From an uncultured Acidobacteriota bacterium (GTDB lineage: Bacteria; Acidobacteriota; Vicinamibacteria; Fen-336; JAGNNV01): DNA of 60,354 bases. The position numbers were made by a program, and so were the translations under genes. Positions 37,877 through 47,205 of this stretch are shown here, piece by piece. Numbering within the stretch: position 1 is the stretch's first letter; the number at the start of each line of letters is the position of its first letter. The notes under the pieces were generated by a model, which had not been told where the DNA came from, did no database searches, and saw only the letters and a program-made list of their open reading frames with translations. The DNA lies in the NCBI GenBank assembly GCA_964396875.1, contig CAYNHK010000004.1, positions 1 through 60,354 on the forward strand. The letters run 5' to 3'.

Positions 37877-39505
37877 CTACTTCGCCGCGGGTGTGCCGGC
37901 AGGCGCGGGTGTGGGAGGCGGCGCAACCGCGCCGAAGACAATGCGCTCTTTGAAGGACGAGCCGGTCACGCGACGCTCCACCTCGAGTGTGCGCACCGAG
38001 GGCATCCAGCCAAGAAGGCCCAGAACCCGATCGGAGAGAGGTCTCACGTTGTCGGACGAGCGTGGACCTTCGATGCGCGCCCAGCGCTTCCCCTCTTCGC
38101 GCGCGGCCGCGAGATTGAGCTTCGCGAACCGAACCACCTCACTGCTCCACGAGACCGCGGGAGCGGAACGAAGTTCGGCGGCGCTCGGACCGAGCCAGAC
38201 GAAATCGCCCATGCGCCTCCAGGCGAGTACAGGCAGACCCGGCCCCATCAGGTATTGACGTGTTTCCCCCGTGGCCGAAGGCGGCGAAAGACGCGCGCCG
38301 CGGCGGTCAAGGGTTGCCTCGAGAAGCGCGCCGAGTTCCGCATCCTTCTCCTTGGGCCACGGAAGGGCAAGGAGACGCGCCTTCGAGCGGTTGACGAGGT
38401 AGCCGAAGCCTTCGACCGGCTGGGACGCGAGAAGCGCTACCCACGCGTCGAGTTCCGCGGCCTCGGTCACAAGCCCCCCGCCCGAAACCGCGGGCACTTC
38501 GACGTTGATCGCGTAACGGTCCTCAGCACTCGCCGCCCTGGACGCGGGAAGCGGTGCGACGGCCACCTGCGGGCGATCGCTCGGGACCGGCAATGGCTCG
38601 CTCACTCCTCGGCGCAGTTCGAGAAGGAACCGGGACGCGTCACCGATCCAGCCGCTCGCCACCGCGTCCTTCGCATCGAAGATCGCACCGCGTTTCGATG
38701 CCACGGCCGCCTCCCCCTCGCGCACCTCGACCAGCCGTCCAGACTCGAGACGAAGCGCGGCACTGAGTTTCCCGCGCGACTCGCCCGCCTCCGCGAGTGA
38801 TCCAAACAGGAAATCGCGCTTGAAATAGAGATCGTTCCGAAGCGCTTCGAGGTCGAGTTCGAGGCTCGCCAGCCCTTCGAGCTTCGGCGCGAAGCGCTCC
38901 CCCGCAGCCACGGCGCCGAGGGCGAGTTTCATGGCTCGTTCGGAAGTAGCGATGATCAGAAGTCCGGAGTCGCGCGCCCACGCCAGGCCCATGCGGGTTT
39001 CGCCGTCGGCGCCTTCATCGGCGGCGCCGGTGCGCACGAGGTGATACGTCTTGCCCTGATCGATTCGCGACGTGCCCGCCTCGAAGATATCGGGCAGCGC
39101 GGCAAGCGGAGTTTCGACCACGAGAACCATCTCCATGTGACCGATGTTGAGCACGGCCAGCGCCGCCGCCGTTGCCTGCAGGTCGAGGATCGTCTGGAAC
39201 GACAGCGCCGTCTCTCCGCGGAACCGCGACCACTGATCCTGGAGCTTCGCGCCCACCTGACTCTGGTTGAAACCCCGCGCGACACCGTCATCCTCGGGAA
39301 GGGTTCCGTGAAGAGCTTTCCGGAAACCGCCGCCGAGCGCGGCATCGAAGGCAGGCACGTCGGGGATCGAGAGGCGGATCATCGACGCGGGAAGAGGCAG
39401 TCCCTGCTCAGGCGTCGGTTGCGCCCAGGCAAGAGCTGCGATCAGGCTCAGACCAAACGTCAACGCGAGGGTAAAGCGCGGACGACGAGCGGGGATCATC
39501 ATCAT
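37877..39505 (-). CDS. Exported hypothetical protein, 542 aa, no recognised domain
   Basis: Signal peptide MMMIPARRPRFTLALTFGLSLIAALAWA, balanced composition, Pro/Ala-rich C-terminal tail. ATGA overlap with the upstream gene at 39502-39505. Confidence 0.65.
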   Translation of the reverse strand: MMMIPARRPRFTLALTFGLSLIAALAWAQPTPEQGLPLPASMIRLSIPDVPAFDAALGGGFRKALHGTLPEDDGVARGFNQSQVGAKLQDQWSRFRGETALSFQTILDLQATAAALAVLNIGHMEMVLVVETPLAALPDIFEAGTSRIDQGKTYHLVRTGAADEGADGETRMGLAWARDSGLLIIATSERAMKLALGAVAAGERFAPKLEGLASLELDLEALRNDLYFKRDFLFGSLAEAGESRGKLSAALRLESGRLVEVREGEAAVASKRGAIFDAKDAVASGWIGDASRFLLELRRGVSEPLPVPSDRPQVAVAPLPASRAASAEDRYAINVEVPAVSGGGLVTEAAELDAWVALLASQPVEGFGYLVNRSKARLLALPWPKEKDAELGALLEATLDRRGARLSPPSATGETRQYLMGPGLPVLAWRRMGDFVWLGPSAAELRSAPAVSWSSEVVRFAKLNLAAAREEGKRWARIEGPRSSDNVRPLSDRVLGLLGWMPSVRTLEVERRVTGSSFKERIVFGAVAPPPTPAPAGTPAAK

Positions 39506-42500
39506 CTGGCCACCTGCCGCGAAAGATCAGCCTGGACGATCTGCGAGATGAGACCAAAAGTGAGATCGCGGGGCCGATAGAGCAGGGAGCGACCACCGAC
39601 GACCCGGTGCGAAACCGTGGGCGGCTCGACCGTCGCGGAGGAAAGTTCGGCACGCAGGGCCCGAGCCTCCGACCATCTTCGATCGGCGAGAAGGTCGAGG
39701 GCGCGCCCGACTTCCGCACGGTCGCCATTGCCCGCGGCGATTCTCGCGATATCGGCGAGGGCCGCATCGATGTCGGAGGCCTTGAAACGCCGGCGGGTCA
39801 AATCCAGGGCCGCCGACTCCGCGGAGAGGAAGCCGGCCAACGTTCGCGCGGCTCGCGGCGAAGCCACGAGCGACCTCGCGGCGCGAAGGCGCAGGAACGT
39901 CTCGTCGCCGCCGACATCTATGAAACCCAGATCCTCCACATCGCGAAGTGCGCGCGCGGCGAGGAAGGCGAGCTGCGGAGCCATCGCGGTGGGACGCCGG
40001 AGCGCGGCTCGCGCGGAGAGGATGTCGAACGGGTGATCCCTGAGGCGCGCCTGAAGCGACGCGCCGATGGTCTCGGGGCTCTCGCGCCAGAAACGGAGGG
40101 CCTGTTTCCATGCGTCCGGACCGGCGCCGCCCGCATCGATCGACCGACGCCAGAAGTCGAAGGCGCGGATCTCCTCAGCGCGCGCGAAGAGAACCTTCTC
40201 CCGTGCGCCGGCCATGTAGACAGCAGCGTCCCGTCTGCGGCCGACGCGGTTCAACCAGTCGGCGCGCTTCTCCACCTCGGCGAACGCCGACCAGAAGGGC
40301 CGCGCCTGCGCGATCCATGGCCCCGCCAGTTCGGGTGCGTACCGAACGAGATGACTCACAACGTCCGCATGCTGGTAGCCGGCCACATCGCCGCGGCGAT
40401 AGGCCTTTCGCAGCCGTTCGCCAATCCCGGCCTTCGCGGAGGGGTCGGCGATCTCGAGACGCATTCCCCAGAACTCGAGGAGGTGCGGCTGGTCCTCGAT
40501 CGTCTGATCGAGGGCGGCCTGCACGTCGGCTTCGATCAGGCCGAGTTTCCGGGCGGCCACGAAAGGCTCTCGGAGCGTGCGAAGCCACAGGGTCCCGGGC
40601 CCGGGGTCCGCGGCATCCTCCGCATCTCCGCCGCTCCAGTCCGTCCGGACGCTTTCCACATCTCCCTCAGTGTCCAGTGTGTCGGCACCCGCTATCGCGG
40701 AGATGGGCCTGAACGTGAGAGCGGGCGGAGTTTGCATCGAGGTCAGCGCCGCTTTGAAGAGGGCCACCGCGAGGGCGTCCTCTCCTCGAGCGAGGCGGAC
40801 GCGGATCATCAGCACCCGTCGCGCGTCAGCGTCCCCAACCTCCAAAGGAATGGCATCGAGAGCGGCGGTGTCGGGAAGGCTGTCGATGGCAACGATCGCG
40901 CGGGTGCGATCGGCGGAGGGAACGGTCTCCGCCCACGAAGCGGCGACGGGCCAGAAGTCGCCGAGCCGAGCAAGACCCGCGTGTGGAAGCGGGGCGGATT
41001 CGGTGGCCCACAACTCGGCGAGCCAGACGCGAAGTTCGGCCGCTTCGAGCATGGCCGCCTTGTCGCCCCACCTCGCGCCAAGCGCCGCACGGAATCCAAC
41101 CATGTCTTCGGTCCGGAAGCGGCGACCTGCTTCGGCGCCGGCCGTGTCGTAGATCGAGGCGAGCAATGCGGGCAGGACCGGGACCGCGGGGTCAAGCAGG
41201 GACAGGGGCGCGGGCAGGCCGAGATCCTCCGCCATCGACGCATACGCGCGCAGCGTGTCCTCGTTCAGACGATTCTGATCCGCAACGAGGCGTCGCTTGA
41301 GATCGTCGACAGCCTCGGCCTTGCGTCCGGCATCCACGAGCAGGCGCAGACGGAAGCGCAGCAGTTCGGGATCGGTGGTGCGCAGGCCGAGACTCTCGAT
41401 CCGGGCCAGGGCCTCGGCGGGACCCTTGAGCGCCAGGGCCAGACGCGCGGTGAGAAGAGCCCGTTCGGTTTCGCCGCCTGATTCAGGCCACTCTGCGGGC
41501 ACGTCGATGGCGGATGGATCGTTGGCCCGATAACGCGCGTAGGCCTGAAGGGCGAACCAGGCGAGGCCGGGGCGTTCACCCCACAAAGCTCCGGGGAAAC
41601 GCAGGGTGTCGATGCCGCGGCCCGCCACGCGATCGTCACCGGTCTCGATCACGTTGCCGGTCACGTCCGTCCGCGGTTTGAACATCGGCCACGTGAACTT
41701 CGGATCCGCGCCGAGTATGTCCTTGAGGACACTCGGCCCGAGCAGCTTCGTCGCGAAGTCGTTTTGGGCAGTGAAAACGGCAGTGTCGCTCAGGAGCGCG
41801 CCCAGCGACAACGATGTCTCGTTGACCGTGTTGCGGCGACCGATCAGGACCGGATCCTCGAGATTCGCGGCGTTGGTCACCGGCCGCTCCCAGAACGACA
41901 ACCACGCGATGCGCGACTCCGGCTTCAGTTCGCTCAGCAGGAACGAGACCTCCCAACCGCGGGCGCCGATCGCGCGGAAACGCTCCCACACACGGCGATC
42001 CTCGAAGATCGCCGAGAGGCCCGCCATGAGTTCGGGCTCAGTTCGCAACCCGCGCGCGAACGTCTCCATCGCAGCCCTGGAATCAAGCCACGTTGTCCAT
42101 CCTTCGCGAGGGCTCTCGGCGGTGATGACCGAAGGGCCACGGGCGATACCGATCAGCGCGGTCAGCCGGGGGCCGAGGAACTTCGCGAGGTCGGAAGCGC
42201 GATCGAACCGCACGAGATGCGACGCCCAAAGCGCATCGAAGTCCGGACCGCGGACCCGATATTCGCTCCCGCTGCCGTCGGCCTTGTTCACACTCACGAG
42301 GACCTGATCGGCGGCCTCGTTCAGGAAATCGGCAGGCGTCTCCTGGGTCCACGGACCGCTCACTTGTCGCGCGAAGCGCTGAGCGATCCGATACCGGAGG
42401 GGAGCCTCGAGGCGCGACCGCTCGATGAAGCTCCACCACTTGTTGAGAAAGGCCTCATCCGCGCGGGACGAGGGGAAGGTCTTTTCGAGGAGCCAGTTCA

Positions 42501-45500
42501 GGACCTGCTCGCGATTCTCGATTCGGCCGTACTGACCGAGAACGTCGCCCGCGGATCCCAGTCGATCTGCGTTCTCGAGATCGACGTTGAGCAGCGGCAT
42601 GAAAGTGTCGTTGAGCAGAGCGAGTTGGAATGCCTCTTCGAAGGAGAGGCTCGAAGCCTCGACTTCTTCGGGCGAACCCTGAGGAGAGAGGAAGCGCCAG
42701 GCGAGGCGGGGCTGACCCTGACGCCACAACCTTCGCGCGGCATCCGCGGTGCGATTCCCCAGATCCTCCTCGGTGGGCTCGGTCTTCTCGAAGGCCTCAA
42801 GAGCCGCACGCTCCACCGCCACCGCCTTCACGAGATCTCCGCCTCGAATGTACAGCTCGCTTCGCCGCCCCGCGACGTAGGGATCGTCGGGCCGCTGAAC
42901 GTTCCAGCCCTCGAGGAAGTCGGCGGCTTCGACGAATCGGGCATCGCGCTCCATCAGTTCGACCGCTTCGTCCCAGAGCACCTGGCGCTCGGGCCGGATG
43001 CGGGCCGCGGTTTGAGCCATCTCGATACCGCCCGGGAGATTGTCGGTGGCGACCCTGAGTTCGCGCGCGGCCACCGCCCATCGCACGTCGCGCGGCGAGC
43101 GCTGGTGCTGCCGCTCGAAGAACGAGACGAGGGTCTCGGGCTGCCCCGACTTGCGCGCGGTTCGGGCGGCTTCCTTGAGCCAGTCGCGCTGGGTGCTGCG
43201 ATTGAGCGCCTCGATCCACGTCGAAACCGAGGTCGCGTAGACCTTCTCGACCGCAGCGGCCCGCGCCACCTCCGCGAAGACCTGGGCCCGGAGTTCGGGT
43301 CTGAACTTCGCGGCCTCCGTCGTCGCGAAGGCTACCGCGGCAAAGGAAGGGTCCTGCTGAAAACGAAGCCTCGCCTGGAGGGAGATGGCGCCCAGCCGCT
43401 CGTCGTCGGTGAGGGACGCCGTGTTCAGAAGCCGATCGAGGGCTTTGGAGGCCCGTGGGAGATCCTTCTCGCCGAGCGATTCCGAAATCAGCCGCGTGAG
43501 GAGAGGGACGAGGTGACCGGAGGCGGCACGCACGGTCGCATCTTCGAGCGCCTGCCTCGCCTCATCGGCGCGGCCGTTGCGTCGCAGAAACTGGACGCGA
43601 TCTTCGATGACGCCGAGGCTCCAGGGGTATTTCGCGATGAGTCCGCCCCACGATGCGCGGGCGGGCTCGAAACCGCGGGTCCTTTCTATGAAGGAGGCGC
43701 GGGCCACAAGAGCCTGGATCTTCGAAGCACTCTCCGGCATCCCATCGATTCGTCCGCCGAGGGTGACCCACAAGGCGTCCGCCTCGGCCTGACGGCCAGC
43801 ACTCGCGAGGCGTTGGGCCAGGTCGATTTCGAGGCGCAGACGCTCCTCGACCGTCGGCGCCAGCTCGGCCCGGCGGGCCACGATGCCCGTGAAGAAGCGA
43901 TCCCGCGCGTCGTTGGCGCCCCAGGCAGGGGACGAATACGCGTGAGCCGCACTTTCGAGGGCGCTCAGAAACCGGTCCGTGGTCGCCGTGGGCGTCATCG
44001 CCGCCGCGCGGGCCAAAAGCGCCTCCGCCACCTTCGCGATTCCCGCGTGTTCGTTGCCTCGCGCAGCGAGCCGCTTCGCCTCTCTTTCTTCTCGGCCCAC
44101 CGGATCGTTCGGCTGATCCATCGCGTCGATCCAGTCGTCCGCGTCCCAATCGAGGCCGGGCGTGGGGGTATGGATCGAGCCGAGTGGCCAGAACGCGAGC
44201 AATGTCTTCTCATCGTCGGCGTGGCCCGGCTTGAGCGATTCGATCGCGACGAGGACGCGGCTGAGCACGCGCTCCCGGCCCATCCACTGAGCGAGGCGTC
44301 GGAGCGAACGCTGGTCATTTTCAAAACCGGAGCAGTAGCAGTCGTCGCTCTCGCCTTCGGGCCGAACCGCATCGAGATACTCGCGGATCGCGCCATCGAT
44401 GTCCTTCACTTCCTCGCGGAGCACACCGGCCTCGAACGCCAGCATCGTCGGCCGATCGAGGGCCTTGCGCCCGGCCTCGATGGTGTCGAGCGCCTCCTTC
44501 ATATGGCCGTAGTCCCAGAGAAGCGTGGCGGTTTCGCGAATTCGCTCTTCCTGACGCGGGTCTCGATCGAGCAGGGCCTTCCAGATCGTGAGCGCCATCT
44601 CCGGTCGGCCCGTTTCCTGGTACAGCTCACCCAGTTCCGTGATCAGCGGATTCGGGTCGATCAACGCGGGGACCGCTCGGTCGACGACGGCCTTCGCCGG
44701 CGCTTCGTGGGAAAGGTCGAGGCCGGCGAGTGACCGGTGGATCTGCAGCGCCTGGCGTGCGGCCGGCTCGTCGCCGGGGTAGGCGGCGGAAAGCCGTGAG
44801 GCGGCGTCTGCCGCCTTCTCGAAGAGCGAAAGACGCGAATAACCCTCCACAAGAATGATGTCGTCCACCGGGGTCCGCGCGGCGGCGCGCTCGAGAGCGG
44901 CGAGCTTCGCTTCGATCGCGTTGTCCTTCATGAGACCGGCGAAGTACGCCTCGCGCACCGAAGGGTCGACCGCGAAGATCGCCCAGCGGCGCTCGGCGAG
45001 CAGGGAGTCCTCGACCACCGCGGCCTGTCGTGCGTTGGTGGCGCGTGCGCTCGACCGCGCCCACGCGGAGGCGGTGATCAAGCGGCCCTCGGCGGCGTGG
45101 AGGACGGCCGGACTGTGCGGGAAACGTTCGAGGGCCTTGAGCACAACCCAATCGCCCCAGGGAACGAGACGCGTGCGGGTCCCGACCCTCGGCTGTTCGG
45201 GGATCTCGAGGCGGATGCTGGTGTCCGAGGAGCGTTCGAACATCGCGGCGCCGCGGAACGTGGCGGCGATCCGTTCGGCCAGCGCGCGCAGTTCGATCTG
45301 CCGCTTCTGACGGGTGAGGACGCGGGCCAGGCGGTTCCACCACGAAGCGTCTTCGAACCGCGAAAGGGCGGCTTCATAGCGCGGGGCCAGTTCGTCGTCG
45401 AGATTCCATGCGTCGAGGCGCGACGCGAGCTGAAGCCACAAGGCCTCGGCGTTTGGGAGGCGATCCATTTCGCCGAGCAGAAGTCCTATGGAACTGCGGT

Positions 45501-47205
45501 GCGTCTTGTCGCGCTCCTCGAGCCGGCTGATCGCCTCGTCCAGAAGCGGCTGGTATCCACGCTGCCCCGCTTCCCGGCCGTCGTCGCCCTCGGCGAAATC
45601 ACCAGCGGAAAAACGTCGGACCGAGTCGCCGCCGTATTCAGCGATCGCGGGCTCGGAGCCATCTTCGGCAAGGCCGCGGAGTTGCGCCTTGTAGAGACGA
45701 ATCTCCTCGGCAAGCGTCCCCCGCGTCTGGCGCAGGGCGAGCAAGCCCAATCTCTGCGCACGCCGCCTGGCCATCGCGGACCCGGTGGCCTCGATCTCCT
45801 TGAGCAGGGCCAGCGCCTCTTTCCCCTCGCCGCGATCGACGTGGCGCTGCATGACATCCACCTTGAGATCGGGGATCTCCGGGTTGGTGGCGTTGCGTCT
45901 CGCGAGTTCGGCGAGCAGGGCCCGCGCGGCTCCGAACGTGCGCTCCGGTATCGACTCGGCTTCAAGCCGGCTCAGCGCCTCACCCCAGTCCTGACCGGTG
46001 AGAAGAAGAGACAAGCCGCCGGTCCAGAAGCCCGGCGTCGGATCCATCCGCGCCACCCAGCGATAGTCGGCGTCCGAGTAGTTTCCCCAGGCGAGGGGAC
46101 GGCCGCCCGCGCGCAAGGCGAGACGGATCAGTTCGGCGAGATCGGCTTCAGCGGCTTTGGGATCCGCAAACGTAGCCGCGGCGAGCCGCGCGCGGAACGC
46201 TTCGGGAACCGCGTCGATCTCGGAGTAGAGCGATGAGACCAGAGCCCAGCCCGCGCGATCGAGGTCTTTCTGGTACCGGCGATCGATCTGTTGGAGCAGA
46301 GCGAGGCATGCATCGCCCCGCTGCTGGCCTTTGAAATAGGTGAAGAGACGCGCGAGCGCAGGGACGTCGAAACGCGAGTTCAGGGTCTGACGCCACTCCT
46401 CCGGACGCGACTTGGCCGCCTGGTCGATCGCACTCACGTAAGCCCCGGCCAGAAGGCGTCCGCGGCGGGGATTGCGGTCAATCGCCGTCTCGAGATCGTT
46501 CAGAACCTCGGAGGCTCGAAGCTGCGCCACGCGAAGTCGGGCGCGAAGGACCAGCGCAGGTTCTTCCGGTGTGTTCTTGGGGAGATTCGCGAGGCCCTTG
46601 TCCGCTTCTTCGAGGTTGTCTCCAGAGATATCGTTGTCCACCCAGGTGTAGGCGGTGGCCCAATCGGTGGAGTTGAGTTCCAGGGCCGCGCGCTGCATCT
46701 CGCGCCGGTCACGAAGCGAGGGCTGCTGCCCCGCCCACTCGACGCGCAGGTTCGCGAGATCGCGTTGAGCCGCGCCTTTGAGGCCGGGGATGGCCTTGTC
46801 CGCGAATTCGAAAGCGCGACCGTGGGCGCCGTAAGACCACGCCCAGCGGGCGGCTTCTTCGAAACCCGCACCCGGCGCATCCGTGGCCGACGCAGACACG
46901 GCGGCAGCCCATCGCTCGATGGTGGCGAGCGCCTTCTCACGCTGACCAAGGTCCATCTGCGCCTGCGCGAGATGACGCAGAGCGTCCGTTTCGGTCCGGG
47001 CTTCGAGGAGTGTCGCGAGTTCAGCGGTGGGTGTCTTGTAGTGAACGCGATGGGAGTCGACCAGAGAGAAGCGCGTGGCGATCTCGTACAACCAGTCGAC
47101 CTCGGTGAGATCCTCCCAAGAGATCATTGGCTTCGGCGCGGCGCCGAGGAACACCGCGCCAGCCAGGCTCAAGGCGCCCACGCGAACGAGTACGCGCGGC
47201 TTCAC
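39502..47205 (-). CDS. Giant (2567 aa) exported all-alpha, TPR/HEAT-like helical protein, unknown function
   Basis: Uninterrupted 7.7-kb ORF. GTG start is preceded by GGAGG at 7-nt spacing and overlaps the upstream stop as GTGA. Signal peptide MKPRVLVRVGALSLAGAVFLGAAP. Ala/Leu/Arg/Glu-rich helical composition throughout, with no catalytic motif seen. Confidence 0.8.
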   Translation of the reverse strand: MKPRVLVRVGALSLAGAVFLGAAPKPMISWEDLTEVDWLYEIATRFSLVDSHRVHYKTPTAELATLLEARTETDALRHLAQAQMDLGQREKALATIERWAAAVSASATDAPGAGFEEAARWAWSYGAHGRAFEFADKAIPGLKGAAQRDLANLRVEWAGQQPSLRDRREMQRAALELNSTDWATAYTWVDNDISGDNLEEADKGLANLPKNTPEEPALVLRARLRVAQLRASEVLNDLETAIDRNPRRGRLLAGAYVSAIDQAAKSRPEEWRQTLNSRFDVPALARLFTYFKGQQRGDACLALLQQIDRRYQKDLDRAGWALVSSLYSEIDAVPEAFRARLAAATFADPKAAEADLAELIRLALRAGGRPLAWGNYSDADYRWVARMDPTPGFWTGGLSLLLTGQDWGEALSRLEAESIPERTFGAARALLAELARRNATNPEIPDLKVDVMQRHVDRGEGKEALALLKEIEATGSAMARRRAQRLGLLALRQTRGTLAEEIRLYKAQLRGLAEDGSEPAIAEYGGDSVRRFSAGDFAEGDDGREAGQRGYQPLLDEAISRLEERDKTHRSSIGLLLGEMDRLPNAEALWLQLASRLDAWNLDDELAPRYEAALSRFEDASWWNRLARVLTRQKRQIELRALAERIAATFRGAAMFERSSDTSIRLEIPEQPRVGTRTRLVPWGDWVVLKALERFPHSPAVLHAAEGRLITASAWARSSARATNARQAAVVEDSLLAERRWAIFAVDPSVREAYFAGLMKDNAIEAKLAALERAAARTPVDDIILVEGYSRLSLFEKAADAASRLSAAYPGDEPAARQALQIHRSLAGLDLSHEAPAKAVVDRAVPALIDPNPLITELGELYQETGRPEMALTIWKALLDRDPRQEERIRETATLLWDYGHMKEALDTIEAGRKALDRPTMLAFEAGVLREEVKDIDGAIREYLDAVRPEGESDDCYCSGFENDQRSLRRLAQWMGRERVLSRVLVAIESLKPGHADDEKTLLAFWPLGSIHTPTPGLDWDADDWIDAMDQPNDPVGREEREAKRLAARGNEHAGIAKVAEALLARAAAMTPTATTDRFLSALESAAHAYSSPAWGANDARDRFFTGIVARRAELAPTVEERLRLEIDLAQRLASAGRQAEADALWVTLGGRIDGMPESASKIQALVARASFIERTRGFEPARASWGGLIAKYPWSLGVIEDRVQFLRRNGRADEARQALEDATVRAASGHLVPLLTRLISESLGEKDLPRASKALDRLLNTASLTDDERLGAISLQARLRFQQDPSFAAVAFATTEAAKFRPELRAQVFAEVARAAAVEKVYATSVSTWIEALNRSTQRDWLKEAARTARKSGQPETLVSFFERQHQRSPRDVRWAVAARELRVATDNLPGGIEMAQTAARIRPERQVLWDEAVELMERDARFVEAADFLEGWNVQRPDDPYVAGRRSELYIRGGDLVKAVAVERAALEAFEKTEPTEEDLGNRTADAARRLWRQGQPRLAWRFLSPQGSPEEVEASSLSFEEAFQLALLNDTFMPLLNVDLENADRLGSAGDVLGQYGRIENREQVLNWLLEKTFPSSRADEAFLNKWWSFIERSRLEAPLRYRIAQRFARQVSGPWTQETPADFLNEAADQVLVSVNKADGSGSEYRVRGPDFDALWASHLVRFDRASDLAKFLGPRLTALIGIARGPSVITAESPREGWTTWLDSRAAMETFARGLRTEPELMAGLSAIFEDRRVWERFRAIGARGWEVSFLLSELKPESRIAWLSFWERPVTNAANLEDPVLIGRRNTVNETSLSLGALLSDTAVFTAQNDFATKLLGPSVLKDILGADPKFTWPMFKPRTDVTGNVIETGDDRVAGRGIDTLRFPGALWGERPGLAWFALQAYARYRANDPSAIDVPAEWPESGGETERALLTARLALALKGPAEALARIESLGLRTTDPELLRFRLRLLVDAGRKAEAVDDLKRRLVADQNRLNEDTLRAYASMAEDLGLPAPLSLLDPAVPVLPALLASIYDTAGAEAGRRFRTEDMVGFRAALGARWGDKAAMLEAAELRVWLAELWATESAPLPHAGLARLGDFWPVAASWAETVPSADRTRAIVAIDSLPDTAALDAIPLEVGDADARRVLMIRVRLARGEDALAVALFKAALTSMQTPPALTFRPISAIAGADTLDTEGDVESVRTDWSGGDAEDAADPGPGTLWLRTLREPFVAARKLGLIEADVQAALDQTIEDQPHLLEFWGMRLEIADPSAKAGIGERLRKAYRRGDVAGYQHADVVSHLVRYAPELAGPWIAQARPFWSAFAEVEKRADWLNRVGRRRDAAVYMAGAREKVLFARAEEIRAFDFWRRSIDAGGAGPDAWKQALRFWRESPETIGASLQARLRDHPFDILSARAALRRPTAMAPQLAFLAARALRDVEDLGFIDVGGDETFLRLRAARSLVASPRAARTLAGFLSAESAALDLTRRRFKASDIDAALADIARIAAGNGDRAEVGRALDLLADRRWSEARALRAELSSATVEPPTVSHRVVGGRSLLYRPRDLTFGLISQIVQADLSRQVAR

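Noticed and set aside
41764-44733. 989-aa plus-strand ORF (and 39607-41481, 624 aa) inside the giant gene
   Set aside because: Both lie antisense to the 2567-aa ORF, which has a Shine-Dalgarno, a signal peptide and operon coupling. The antisense translations are Arg/Gly/Glu-rich without hydrophobic periodicity.
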